This document shows, one piece after another, positions 26,905 through 40,400 of a DNA stretch of 64,000 nt (the stretch's first letter is position 1; every line of letters begins with the position of its first letter). The notes under the pieces were generated by a model, which did not search any database, was not told the DNA's origin, and saw only the letters and a program-made list of their open reading frames with translations. The DNA comes from Callorhinchus milii (taxonomy: Eukaryota). Where the stretch lies: positions 104,596,001-104,660,000 of the forward strand of contig NW_024704742.1 in the NCBI RefSeq assembly GCF_018977255.1. The letters are read 5' to 3'. Position numbers and translations under genes: made by a program.

Positions 26905-28302
26905 TTGCAGCCGGCAAGTGCGTAGGAAACAAAGCTTTAACCCGCCAAACGGATCCTGGGACCGAGCCAGGGGGAGGGGGAGGAAGGTGACCAAAGGCTC
27001 AGTCAAAAAGAAAGATCTTCAGCAGAGACCTGAAAATGGGAAGGGAGGGAGCGAGACGAAGGGAGTGAGGAAGGCAGTTCCAGAGCCTCGGGGCATAGTG
27101 GCTGAAGACACGGCTGCCGAGGGTGGAGCCAAGGACTCGGGGGACGAGGAGGAGGCCAGATCCGGAGGAACGAAGGCGACGAGTACTGTTTTGAGGAGAG
27201 AGGAGGTCAGAGAGGTAGGGGGCTGCAGAGGAGCGCAGGGACTTGAATACAAGGGTGAGGATCTTGAAATCGATCCTCTCTGGGACAGGCAGCCAGTGCA
27301 GTCTGTCAAGGACTGGGGTGATCGGGGAGCGGAGTTTCTTGCGGGTGAGAATGCGGGCGGCAGAGTTTTGAATGATTTGGAATTTATGGATGGGAGACTG
27401 GCGAGGAGGGCATTAGAGTAGTCCAGCCGAGAGGTGACAAAGGCATGGACCAGGGTTTCAGTGGCTTTTGGGGAGAGGTATTGGCGGAGGTGGGCGATGC
27501 GACGGAGGTGGGAGAAGGCGGTGCTGGTGAGGGACCAGATGTGGGGAAGGAAGTATAATTGGGGTTTGAACCTGATGCCTAGGTTGCGTACGGGTTCGGA
27601 GAGTTTTACGGGGAGGTCGGGTAGGTGAAGTAGGTGAGAGCCGTGAGATTTTAGACGTTGACAGGAGCCAAATAGCATGGCTTCCATCTTGTCAACATTC
27701 AGCTGAAGGAAGTTTGTGCTCATCCAGCCCCTGAGATCTGACAGGCAGGCTGACAGAACATCAGGGGACTGGGGGTCGCAAAGAGAGGTGGAAAAATAGA
27801 GTTGGGTGTCATCTGCATACATGTAGAAATGTACCCCATGTCTGCGGATGACATCCCGAAGAGGGAGCACGTACATCAGAAAGAGGAGGGGACCAAGGAT
27901 GGATCCTTGGGGTACCCCGCAGGTGACCGGGTGAGAGCGGGAGGAGAAGCCGTTTGTGCAGATGTACTGCTGGCGGTTTGTGAGGTAAGACTCGAACCAG
28001 GCGAGTGCGGTCCCACTGAGGTGGATGACGGAGGAAAGGTGGTGGAGGAGGATGGCGTGATCGACTGTCGAATGCGGCGGAGAGGTTCAGGAGGACAAGT
28101 AGGCAGAGGGAGTCCTGATCACAGATAGAGAGGATGTCGTTTGTGACTTTCACAAGAGCAGTCTCTGTACTGTGGGCAGGGCGGAAACCGGACTGGAGGG
28201 GTTCGAAGCGGGAGTGGGAGGAGAGGTGTGCACGAAGTTGGTTGGCAACGACGCGTTCCAGAACTTTTGAGAGGAAGAGCAGATTAGAAATAAGGCGGTA
28301 GT
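26905..28302 (-). mobile_element. L2 RT 3' fragment
   Basis: [25 protein letters not shown]. Confidence 0.9.
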
Positions 28303-29957
28303 GGATGGGTTTTACGACTCATGCATATACAGTTAAGTGGATTTAATAGGAAATTGAACAGAACTCGGGCAAATGTACAACTTTGGCATTTATACAGATA
28401 AGACTTAAGCGAGTTTTACTATATTATGATTATATGCTAAAAGGATTTTACTGAAAACAACAAAACAAAATGATATTTGTATAGCGCCTTTCACGTCGGG
28501 AGGACAACTATATAACAGATGTGGTTAATTCGATTTTTAAACATCAGTTAAGACTGAAAAATGACACCGTGCATGAACTATTTGTCTGATAAATTAGACA
28601 ATAAGTAGAGGCCAGAAGCTGTCTACTTATCACACAAGATAGATAAACCATAACCAATTAACTTGGAATGCAGAATGTGAGAAGTTTACAGGCAGTACAG
28701 TACTTGGCTACTGTTTTGGTAAATTTAGGCTTTTCCTAAACTTTGGGTCCACACTAAGAATTGTTTAGGAACCTTATCCTCTTCAGGTGAGAGTGGAATT
28801 TAACATGAAGGTCATTGGTAAAGTGGTATATAAGATTTCCGTTCAGTTTCAATTTCTGGGTGTTTGAACACATGTCATGTGAAACTCTCACTAAGTTTCA
28901 CCTGGTTCAGGTTCAACTCTGAGTCAAGGCTATGCAAACAAATAACAGGATTGAGGGATCAATGTGTGTGTGAAATTTTTATTATTTTATTATTTATTTT
29001 TATTAGTTTCACAGTGTGTGAAGTTTTTATTAATTTTTAACTGAGAAGTTTACTATTAATAATCCTTGCATTTGATATAGCGCTTTTCACGTCGGGAGGA
29101 CGTCCCAAAGCGCTTCACAGAACACACTGTAAAGTGAATTGACTGTATATTTGTGGGTGAACGCGGCAGCCAATTGCGCACAGCAATGTCCCACAAACAG
29201 TTGTAGATTTGTATTGACTGTGGAGAGCCCAGAAGCGCTCCAGGAAGCTATATAAATGCAAGTTGTTGTTGTATTTACTAGCAGAGAGTCCGATTCAGTG
29301 TTCTTGTAGAAAAACTAATAGTGTTTTTCAAGATTTCAACCCAGAAGCTTCTCTTCTTCTCTTGGCTTGCAGCAAAGCACGACCTTTGTTGCTTCTGTTC
29401 CAAATTCTGTGTGCTTTCTGGAGAGGTTCTCTATTAACCCTCGATACTTTTCAAGTTCAAACACTTTTCAGTTTCAACTCAGCCGCATGATAACACCATC
29501 TAAGCCTCAAACTATTACTGCTAACAGGATTCCATAATCAGGTACCAGTTAACAAGATTGACAAACTTCAAGTCACAGAGTGCACGTAACAATCGCATAC
29601 ACTAAAGCTTCCTAGTATTCCAGGTTTTAAAAAAATATTTTCAGCATGTATCTGTAATTTCTACTCCTTGTTCTTGTCAAAAGATTCAGGCTTCATTTCG
29701 CTCATTGTATCTATCTTGACAAGCATAAAGTACAGCTAATGGTTTGACTCCAAGATATTGGAGCATATTTTAAAAGAGACAAACTGCTTTCTCCAATGGC
29801 TAGGCAAATTTAGTTGCTGAACTGCACAGACTGCAAAATGTTCCAGTTATGATCCTCAGTCTGCAGTGCTGCCTGATTTCAACCACTTGGCAGGAGATGG
29901 ACTACAAGTGGTTAAGGAGAAGAAAATCAGAGATTCCTCATCTAAATCCTCATCTCC

Positions 29958-32900
29958 TGGAGGAGAGTCGGGGAGCGGCGGCAGCACAGCGCTGGGAGGA
30001 GCCTGAGCCTACTGACCCAGGTACTTAAACTCGACGCCGGAGCGAGATCAGCTCGGGGGGGGGGGGGGGGGGAGGTGTGGGGCGGAGCGGGGGAACTGCT
30101 GACCTCATAGATTAGTTTTCAGGTGCGTGCGCGCGCAACAAAAAAAAAACCCTCTGCGCCCCCCCCCCCCAACCCCCCAGGGCTCACATCAGAGCCCACT
30201 ATGGTCCTGTTGGGTTCGCTGCCCCAATCTACGGGATAATGCCATCCACCTGACCGCTCGCTCCCGGTCCCCGCGTGCGCACTATGGCTGCCGCTTTGAC
30301 CCGAGCCCCCTCACCCCCTCCCTCCCGCCCCCCTCCTCTCTCCCCCCAAACCCTCCCCCCTCTGCATCTCTCCCGCTCTCTCCTCCTCTCTCTCCGTCCC
30401 TCTCGTCTTCTATCCCCACTTGACCCTCCCACAACCTCCCTCTGCTCCAGCCTGGGAATCCTCCGCCGGGCTCACCGCGGCACTCGGCGTTGGCTGTCCA
30501 GCAGCAGCCACACCGACTGCCCCATTCCCCACCACACTCGCCAGCCACCCCGGACACAGACCCGGGGAGTCAACCTCTCCTCCCTCATCCCCATTCCCCC
30601 CACCCCTGCCTCACAACCTGGACCCCCTCCCCTCCCACACACCCTTCTGTCAACCGCTCCCTCCACATCGGACTGCAAAATGTCCGCTCCCTCTGCAACA
30701 AGGCCCTGGTCATCAACGATCTCATCCTTGATGAGAACGTTGATATCATGGCCTTAACAGAAACCTGGCTCACCCCAGGCGACACCTTCCCCCTCACGGA
30801 GGCCACGCCACCCGGCTACACCTCCCACCACATCCCCCGCCCCAACCGCCGTGGCGGTGGTGTTGCCCTTATCTCAAGGACACCACTTGCCCTATCCCCT
30901 ACTCCACTGGCTCTTTCCCCTCCTTTGAGCACCTCACCCTCTCCCACCCCTCATTCCTCTCCCTTAAAATCCTCCTCCTCTACCGGCCCCCTAAAACCTC
31001 TCCCACCTTCATCTCTGACATTTCAACACTCCTCACATCTCTTTGCCTCTGCTCTGATCGCCTCATCATCCTGGGCGACTTTAACCTACACTTCACCCCC
31101 TCCTGCTCCATCTCCACAGACTTCTCTTCCCTGCTCTCCTCACTCAACCTCTCCTTACACATAAACTCCCCCACTCACAGTCACGGCCACCCACTCGATT
31201 TGGTGATCACCCGGGGCCTCAGTGTCTCGGATGTCACTATTACCGACAAGGCCATCTCTGACCACTACTTCATCTCCTTCACCACCTCCACCCCCCTCCC
31301 CACCTCCACCAGACCCACCACCATCTTCTACCGCCCTTGGAAGAAGTTACCCCCACAATCCCTAACCGATGCCTTGGAGTCCTCTGAACTCCTCTCCCTC
31401 TGGCCTTCAACCCTCACCGACCCCTCTTCTCCTCTCTCCCTCCTCCACAATACCCTCTCCTCCACACTCGATACTCTTGCCCCCATCACTTCCCGCACTG
31501 TCTCCTACTCCCGCTCCTCCCCCTGGTACACCACCCACCTCCGCTCACTGAAAAGCCAGGTGCGGGCTGCTGAACGCACCTGTGTCAAATCTGGCCTAAC
31601 GGTCCACCGACAAATCTGGCTGGACCTCCTCAAAATTTACCGCTCCACTCTAGCCTCGGCCAAGTCGTCCTTCTACTCCAGGATAATCCTGGAGGCGAAG
31701 AACAACCCCAGGCTACTGTTTTCCACCACAACCCGACTCCTCCGTCCCCCCCGCCACCCCGCGCAGGTCATCTCCTCCAACCTTCACTGCGAGGAGATGC
31801 TGGATTTCCTTGAATCCAAGATCAAGGGAATCCGCTCCGCGGTCACTTCCCCTCCAACTTCCACCAACCCCCCACCCTTCCCTCCCACACTCCGACTCCT
31901 ACCCATCCTCCCCTACACACCTTCGTACCCGTTTCCCCACCCTCTGTCACTGAACTCATCCTATCCCTAAAACCAACCACCTGCTCCCTTGACCCCATCC
32001 CCACTCCACTCCTTATCTCCCAGCTCCACTTTCTTGCCCCACATATCACTGACATCATCAACCTGTCCCTCTCCTCTGGCTCTGTCCCCATTCCATTAAA
32101 AACTGCCATCATCACGCCCACCCTGAAAAAACCCTCCCTTGATGCGTCGCAGCTATCAAGCTACCGGCCCATCTCCAACCTCCCCTTTCTCTCCAAGGTC
32201 TTGGAAAGAGTTGTCGCCTCCCAACTGCGCTCTTTCCTTTCCACCCATTCTCTTTTTGAACCCCTTCAGTCAGGTTTCCGTGCTGCCCATAGCACAGAAA
32301 CTGCCCTGGTCAAGGTCACCAATGATATCCTGACCATCTGTGACCAGGGCTCCCTCTGTCTCCTCGTCCTCCTCGACCTATCGGCAGCATTCGATACGGT
32401 CGACCACGCTATCCTACTCCACCGCTTGTCCTCCCACCTCAACCTTCAAGGCACTGTCCTTGAATGGTTTAGGTCGTACCTTTCTCACCGTCTTCACTTT
32501 GTCTCGACGAATGGCTTCTCCTCCACCCCCCGTACTGTCTCATGTGGTGTCCCTCAGGGCTCTGTCCTCGGTCCCCTCCTCTTCACCCTCTATATGCTCC
32601 CCCTTGGTGACATCATCCGCAGACATGGAGTTAACTTCCACATGTATGCGGATGACACCCAACTCTACCTTTCCTCCTCTACTCTCAACTCCACGACCAC
32701 CGATGTCCTGACAGCTGCCTGTCCGACATCGAGTCCTGGACGAGAGACAACTTTCTTCAGCTCAACGTGCGAAAAACCGAGGCCCTCCTGATTGGCTCAC
32801 GTCAGCGCCTCCGCACCTCAGGCGCTGACACCATCAGCATCCAAGGCTGCACTCTCCACCTCTCAAAGCCAGTCAGGAACCTCGGCGTTTTGTTCGACCC

Positions 32901-33683
32901 TGAGCTGTCCTTTCTCCCTCACATCCGCACCACAACTGGCACCGCCTTCCATCACCTCCGGAACATCGCCAGACTACGGCATTACCTCACCCCTCACGCT
33001 GCTGAAACCCTGGTTCACGCCTTTGTCACCTCAAGGCTGGACTATGGGAACTCTCTCCTCGCCGGCCTTCCCGCCACCTCCCTCCACAAGCTGCAGGTCA
33101 TTCAGAACTCTGCAGCTCGTGTACTGTCCCGCACCAGGCTTCGGGACCACATCACTCCCACCCTCGCTCGCCTCCACTGGCTCCCCATCCCCCAGAGGAT
33201 TGATTTCAAGATCCTCATCCTCACCTACAAGGCCATTCACGGCCTTGCTCCCTCCTACCTCTCCAACCTACTATCCCCCTACCTACCTGCCCGTACCCTC
33301 CGTTCCTCTGGCTCCGGTCTGCTCCACGTCCCCCGCCCCAACCGCCCTACCATCGGTGGTCGGGCCTTCAGCCTCTCAGCCCCAGGCTCTGGAACTCCAT
33401 CCCCCAGTGCCTTCGCCGCTTCCTCCCTCTCCTCCTTCAAGGCCGGTCTCAAAACCTTTCTCTTTGACCGAGCCTTCAGCTCCCCTCTCGACTCTCTTCC
33501 CCTCCTCGCTCCCTCCCTTCCCTCCCCTCACCCTGACCATTTCCCCACTCCTCGCTCACTCCCTCCCTCCCCTCACCCTGACCATTTCCCCCCTGCTCGG
33601 GTCATGACCCAACTGTGCAGCGCCTTGGGACGTCCTCCTGACGTGAAAGGCGCTTTATAAATGGAATCTTGTTGTTGTTGTTG
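29958..33683 (+). mobile_element. Near full-length L2-clade LINE (APE endonuclease and RT, frameshifted)
   Basis: LQNVRSL..ALTETWL..GGGVAL (EN), [43 protein letters not shown] (RT), LHWLP C-terminus, (TTG)n tail; 5' boundary approximate. Confidence 0.92.
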
Positions 33684-33896
33684 AGAGCATATATCTGTAC
33701 TGGCCAACATTTTTTCTGGTCAACAAAATAATCATAGAAATAACAAAGTAGCACAGATCTATGCCATAAATCAGGAGCCAACCAAAGAGGTTGACCACCA
33801 TCACTGGCATATATGGACATTGAGTGAAGACTTAATCAAGCTTGGCTGTAATGAACTCAATGAGAGAAATACCTGCCAACACACATGAAAAATATT

Positions 33897-34456
33897 TACA
33901 ACAACAACAACAAGATTCCATTTATAGAGCGCCTTTCATGTGGGGAGGACGTCCCAAGGCGCTGGACAGTTGGGTCAGGACCCGAGCAGGGGGGAAAAGG
34001 TCAGGGTGAGGGGAGGGAAAGGAGGGGGCGAGGAGGGGGTAGAGAGTTGAGAGGGGAGCTGAAGGCACGGTCAAAGAGAAAGGTCTTGAGACCGACCTTG
34101 AAGGAGGAAAGGGAGGAGGCGGCGAAGGCACTGGGGGATAGAGTTCCAGAGCCTGGGGGCTGAGAGGCTGAAGGCCCGGCCACCGATGGTAGGGCGGTTG
34201 GGGCGGGGGATGTGGAGCAGACCGGAGCCAGAGGAACGGAGGGTACGGGCAGGTAAGTAGGGGATAGTAGGTCGTAGAGGTAGGAGGGAGCAAGGCCGTG
34301 AATGGCCTTGTAGGTGAGGATGAGGATCTTGAAATCGATCCTCTGGGGGATGGGGAGCCAGTGGAGGCGAGCGAGGGTGGGAGTGATGTGGTCCCGAAGC
34401 CTGGTGCGGGACGTACATGAGCTGCAGAGTTGTGAATGACCTGCAGCTTGTGGAGG
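33897..34456 (-). mobile_element. 5'-truncated L2 copy, same family, tail-to-tail with the previous element
   Basis: Reverse complement of about 33085-33683, (AAC)n tail. Confidence 0.9.
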
Positions 34457-37400
34457 TCATGTGGAGCTTGTGCATTACCTATTTACATAGGTAATGTTCC
34501 CTCGGAATCCTATTATAATAAATTCGAATAGAAAAGCAGGATCAGTGATATTCAGCAGAGTATATGAGAGGAGAAAATTGGTAATTTTTAACATTTTAAA
34601 TACCTATAGAGAAGCTATGAGACAAGTTGGAATAGATAGAACTTTTTCAAGTCTGCATAGTTCTCTGAATGTTTTCTTCTGTGGGAATGCGTAGTTTTTG
34701 AAAGGCAAGCGTACTTTAGCTAGTTGTTAGCATTTCTGCATCAGATGTTTGTAGGTTCAATCCCAACCCCACCCCCAGCAGGACTAGCTTTTCTTTTACA
34801 GTTTTTCCACCATTACCAGTTGGCGCTCCCTCACACAGCACAAGTACGAGTTCTGCGCATAGCACCCATGAAGTGAATCAGCAGAAACATGATAACCAGG
34901 GACTCAGCCACTCTAACTGGCCATCATGCTCTGAAACCTCTTCAAAACTTGAATTTCAATTTGTAGGTAGCGTGCCCAAAATGAGTTAGTCTGGCTCACA
35001 TGTAGCACTCACACCCATGAGTTAGAAGGTCAGGCAATTAGTTATTCATGAAGTGAATGATCAATTGTATCTGGGAGGTTGTTGGCAAGGATATCAGGAA
35101 AAATTCTCATTTCTTTTTGATTAGGATTATGGGATCTTTAACGTTCACATGAAAATGCAGACTGGACCTCAGTTTAACGTCTCATCTGAAGGACAGCACC
35201 ACGAACAATGCAGCACACTCCCAGCACTACACTTTATGAATTGAAAGTCCCAACAGGAGACTGGAACCCACAATTTTCCGATTCAGAGGTGAGAGTGCTA
35301 CCAGTAAAGCCAAGCTGACATCTCCGATAATGCAGGATGGCTCCTCCAATAATGCATTGTTCCTCCAGCACTGCATATAATTATAATAATCCTTGCAGTT
35401 GATAGAGTGCCTTATCAAGTCTTCAAGACGTCTTAAAGTGCTTTACAGAATATACTGTATATATATATACTGATGGCCTTAGTCCATCTATAAGAGATGG
35501 TTTTCTGTTTCATGCTAAATTTCAGAATTGAACCGAACAGTGGAGTAAGATTGGCAAAGTTCTTGCCAATAGAAGAAGCCACACAATTACATTTTCGTTT
35601 CAAGAACTGCCAAAATTCTTTAACATCATGTTATGTGATCTTCCAATGGTTTTCTTTGTGCTGTAATTAATTAAACATGTCTCAATTACAAAATTATTTT
35701 CCTGAAAATGATAAGACCCCTTGTGTTCAAAGGATAATATGACCTATGAATCACAGATTTAGAATATGTATTGCTATGATAATTCAGTCTAGACGATAAT
35801 CATCACCATCTAATTCTGTAAACTGTTTTTTGCCAGACAGTGATATCAATGGTAATCTATGCAGTTATAATAATAATAATAATAATAATCCTTGCATTTG
35901 ATATAGTACTTTTCAAGTCTTCTAGACGTCTCAAAGCGCTTCACAGAATATGCTGTAAAGTGAATTGACTATATTTGTGGCAAAACGCGGCAGCCAATTG
36001 CGCACAGCAGTGTCCCACAAACAGTCGTGGATTGACAATGACCAATTTTATTATTGTTTTGTTTTGGAGGGATTATTATTAGGTGTGTGGAGTAATGAAA
36101 CTTGCCCAAGGTTTTGCCCTGCCTGGAATTGAACCCAGGTGTCTCGCTTGCCAGGTGAGTGCTCTAACCACTGAGTTACAGTTCTACCTGGTCGGACTCC
36201 AGCAGTACCCCAATGCATACTCTGAATTCCCAAGGTTTGGCTCTCGCAAACCAGCTCCTAATACTTTCCGGAATTTGGTTAGCAGGATGCGTCCCTCCAG
36301 AGAGAGTGCGCATTTCAACAACCTATCTCTGGAATTTACGTGTAGGTGGGATGCATGGAAATCTCAGCTTGGTTTGGATACTGTTAAGCATGGTGATGCT
36401 TTTCAAATCCCTTCACTCCCTGGCACCTCCCTACATCTTTGACCTCCTCACTCCCCAATCCGCCACCTGGCACTTCCGCTCGACTGACACTGACCTCCTG
36501 CTTGTCCCTGGCGCCCTCTGCTCCACCATTGGAGGTCACTCATTCATCCACTGTGCCCTGAAACTCTGGAACACTCCCTCAATAATGTGGAGTCCTTTAG
36601 CTCAGTGGTTAGAGCACTGGCCTCGGAAGCAAGAGACCTGGGTTCAGTTCCCGGCAGGGCAAAATCTTGGGCAAGTTTCCTTACTCCTTAATCCCTCAAG
36701 AAAAAAAAACAATAATAAGTTGGTCATTTCAATCCACGACTGTTTGTGGGACACTGCTGTGCGCAATTGGCTGCCGCATTTCGCCCACAAATATTATTAT
36801 TATTATTATCAATACCTCCGCCTTCGCTTACCTCTTCCCTTTTTCAAGTCCTGCCTGAAAATCTTCCTTTTCGACTGAGCTTAAGTTCACCTCCATCCCA
36901 CCACCGCCCTCCCCGCCCCGGGCTCTGCATCAGGCTTTGCCACTGTTAAGTGCACTGAGACGCTACCTTCCATGGAGAACGTGATATAAATGCCAGTTGT
37001 TGTTAATACGTTTTCTATCTTAAATTTGTTAAGTAAAGTAGTAGTATTTTATTGTTCATTTTGTAATAATGCTCCTTCTTTATTAAACTCTAGCATAATT
37101 TGTATTATTAACTCTGGCATTATTTCCAGTTTTCTCTAATCGACAACCATATTTATACAATATCAGCATTTCCTTCATCTTGTCTTTACTTCAGGCCATC
37201 AGTAACTAACTGCTGTAATTTTTTTAAAATTTGAATAATGTTTTGGAGACAAAGACATAAATAACAAAAATGTCATTAATAACACAATTTAAAAATAAGA
37301 AAGGGGAAAGATACTCCAGGGGGAAATAATTCTATAGGAAAAAAATTATATCATGCAGCATGTATATCAATCTCCTCTGTAACAACTCCTTTTGTTCGAG

Positions 37401-38739
37401 TTGATGCTACAAGAAGCAGCTATTTCTTGGGCACAAGCAGATTTTAAAAATCAACGTTACTCTCAGTCTGAATATAAATATTGGAAGTGTATTTATCAAA
37501 GTTAATCTTGTGTTTTTTGTTTGGGGTCAGCATGTGGAAACTCATCACCATGCTCAACCCAAGCTGAGAATTTCATGCATTCCACCTACACATGGAAATT
37601 CCAGATAGATGTTGGAATGAAATGCACACCCTCTCCCTCAAGGGACACATCCTCCTTACCTAATTCCAGGAAGTGTTAGGCCCAGATTAGCGAGAGGCAA
37701 GGCTTGGGGACCCCAGAGTGAGTCACTAGCCAATTAGTCACTAATTGTGGAGTCCTGTAGCTCAGTGTTAGAGCACTCGCCTTGCAAGCGAGACACACCT
37801 GGGTTCAATTCCAGTCAGGGCGAAACCTTGGGCAAGTTTCCTTACTCCACACGCCTAATAATAATCCCTCCAAAACAAAACAATGCTAAAAAATTGTTCA
37901 TTTTCAATCCACAACTGTTCATGGGATACTGCTGTGCACAATTGGCTGCTGCGTTTCGCCCACAAATACACAGTCATTTCACTTTATAGTCTATTCTGTA
38001 AAGCGCTTTGAGACATCTAGAAGACGTGAAAAGCACTATATCAAATGCAATGATTATTATTATATAATCTGACATCAGGCAAGCATGGATTTGAACTCTC
38101 ATGAGGTGGATGGTAGGTAGCAGGAACTCCCTGAGAGCTTCTTGGTGAGCAACACAGCTCAGCATGACATGCGTGAGAGCATTGCCACCATCTTCTTGTC
38201 CGCAGCTCAGGCACTCATCCCTTCCCATTGAGCAATGGTTCCACCAGTTAGAGGTGCAGAGTTCAAGCTTGCCTCTCTGCAAGCCAAATCAAGGTGGATT
38301 CCAGGCATTGGACATATGAACTTGTGTTTACCAACTTGGACTCCAGGTAGTGCTTTCCAACCTTTGTCGTCCTAAGCCTCAGAGTTTCCTCATTAGCTAT
38401 CCGGCGAGCATCTGCCTTCAGTGTGGTTGGAGGATCTTAACAGGACAGCTTGTGACATGCCAGCCAACTTGATGTTCTTGAGGTTCAAGTCCAATGCTGT
38501 GTGATGCTTATTCAGACTTATTCAGTACCAGCTGCTCAATCCAGGATGTCATTCGAGGGGCCTTGCAAAAGATGTCCCTGCTGTGAAGCTGACTGCCTGC
38601 AGAATGCTTAGCGACAGGTAAATGTAGGCCGGAGCCATTCTTTCTTGCAGACACTTACTGTGTTTACCACAAATCCTGCGGGGAGCTCAAAATGAATAAT
38701 CCTTGCATTTGATGTAGCATCTTATTACGTCATCAGGTG

Positions 38740-40400
38740 TCGAGACTAGATGTGATGAATGCATGAATGAAGGTTTCGGCGATGTGAGGGGTGAGGCAGT
38801 GGCGGGGCCAAGCAATGTTCTGGAGGTGAGGGAAGGCAGAGCGGGTCATGGCACAGATGTAGGGTAGAAAGGACAGTTGAAGGTCAAACAAGACACCAAG
38901 TTTCCGGACTGGCTCAGTGAGGTGGAGTGTGCATCCTGGATGGTGATGCTGACAGTGCCTGAGGTGTAGAGGTGCTAACGGGAGCCAATCAGGAGGACCT
39001 TGGTCTTGTTGACATTCAACTGTAGAAAGTTAGCTCTCATCCAGGATTTGGTGTCTGACAGACATTTTGTCAGCGCATCAGTGGTGCTAGAGTCAAGGGT
39101 GGTGGCAGAGAGATAGAGTTGAGTGCCATCCGCATACATGTGGAAGTTGATCCCATGTCTGCAGATGATGTCATCAAGAGTGATTATGTAGATGTGAAGA
39201 GGAGGGGACCAAGGACAGAGCCCTGAGGAACGCCACACAAGACGGTACGAAGGCCAAAGGAGAAACCGTTTGTGGAGATGAAGTGGAGATGGCCAACGAT
39301 CTAGATGAGGACATCGAAGTTAATATATCTAAATTCGCGGATGACACAAAACTAGGAGGAAGTGTCAACACAGAGGATGACATTAAAAAAATGCAGCGAG
39401 ACATAGATAGGTTAGGTGATTGGGTAGGGAGGTGGCAGATGAAGTATAATGTAGGGAAGTGCGAAGTCATCCACCTAGGTAGCAAAAACAGTAGAGCAGA
39501 TTATTTTTTAGAAGGGGAGAGATTGGAATGTGTTAGCGTCCAGAGGGACTTGGGTGTCCTTGTACACCAATCACAGAAAGTTAGTCTGCGGGTGCTGCGA
39601 GCAATTAGAAAGGTGAACGGTATGTTAGCATTCATTATGAAAGGATTAGAGTATAAGAGTAGGGAAGTCTTGCTGCAACTGTATAGGGCCCTGGTGAGAC
39701 CACACCTGGAATACTGTGTGCAGTTTTGGTCTCCTCATTTAAGGAAGGACGTACTTGCCTTGGAGGGAGTGCAGCGTAGATTTACTAGGTTAGTACCAGG
39801 GATGAAGGGGATGAGTTACGAGGATAGGCTGACCAATTTGGGCCTATATTCTCTAGAATATAGAAGAATTAGAGGGGATCTTATAGAAACTTATAAGATC
39901 ATCAAAGGGCATGATAGAGTAGATAGTGGGAGATTGTTTCCCCTGGTTGGAGAAACTAAAACCAGGGGTCACAACCTTAAAATCAGAGGCCACCCCACCG
40001 CACTGAGTTGAGGAAGAACTTCTTCACTCAAAAGGTGGTGAATGTATGGAACTCACTACCCCAAAGGACTGTTGATGCTCAGTCCTTGAACACATTCAAG
40101 ATAAGGCAGGGTCAGGTTATTAGCTGGAGTTAGATTAGAAGATCAGCCATGATTGAATGGTGGGGCAGGCTCGAAGGGCCGAATGGCCTACTCCTGCTCT
40201 TATATGTTATGTTATGTTAATGTGTGAGAGGTAGGATTTGAACCACTCAAGGACAGAACAATGAAGGTTGAAGTGAGGAGAGGCGGTGGAGGAAGATGGA
40301 GTGGCCAATGGTATCAAAGGCAACAGAGAGGTCAAGGAAGATGAGGAGGCAAGATGTAATTTGTCCCTTTGACCAAAGCTGTTCCTGTGCTGTGGGCATT
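38740..40400 (-). mobile_element. L2 RT fragment split by the CR1 at 39294-40218
   Basis: HGINFHMYADGTQLYLS..FLQLNVNKT; sequence resumes colinearly after the CR1 tail. Confidence 0.85.
39294..40218 (+). mobile_element. 5'-truncated CR1 inserted inside an L2 fragment
   Basis: KFADDTKLGG..RPHLEYCVQFWSP..RGDLIETYKI; (TATGT)n tail. Confidence 0.92.
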
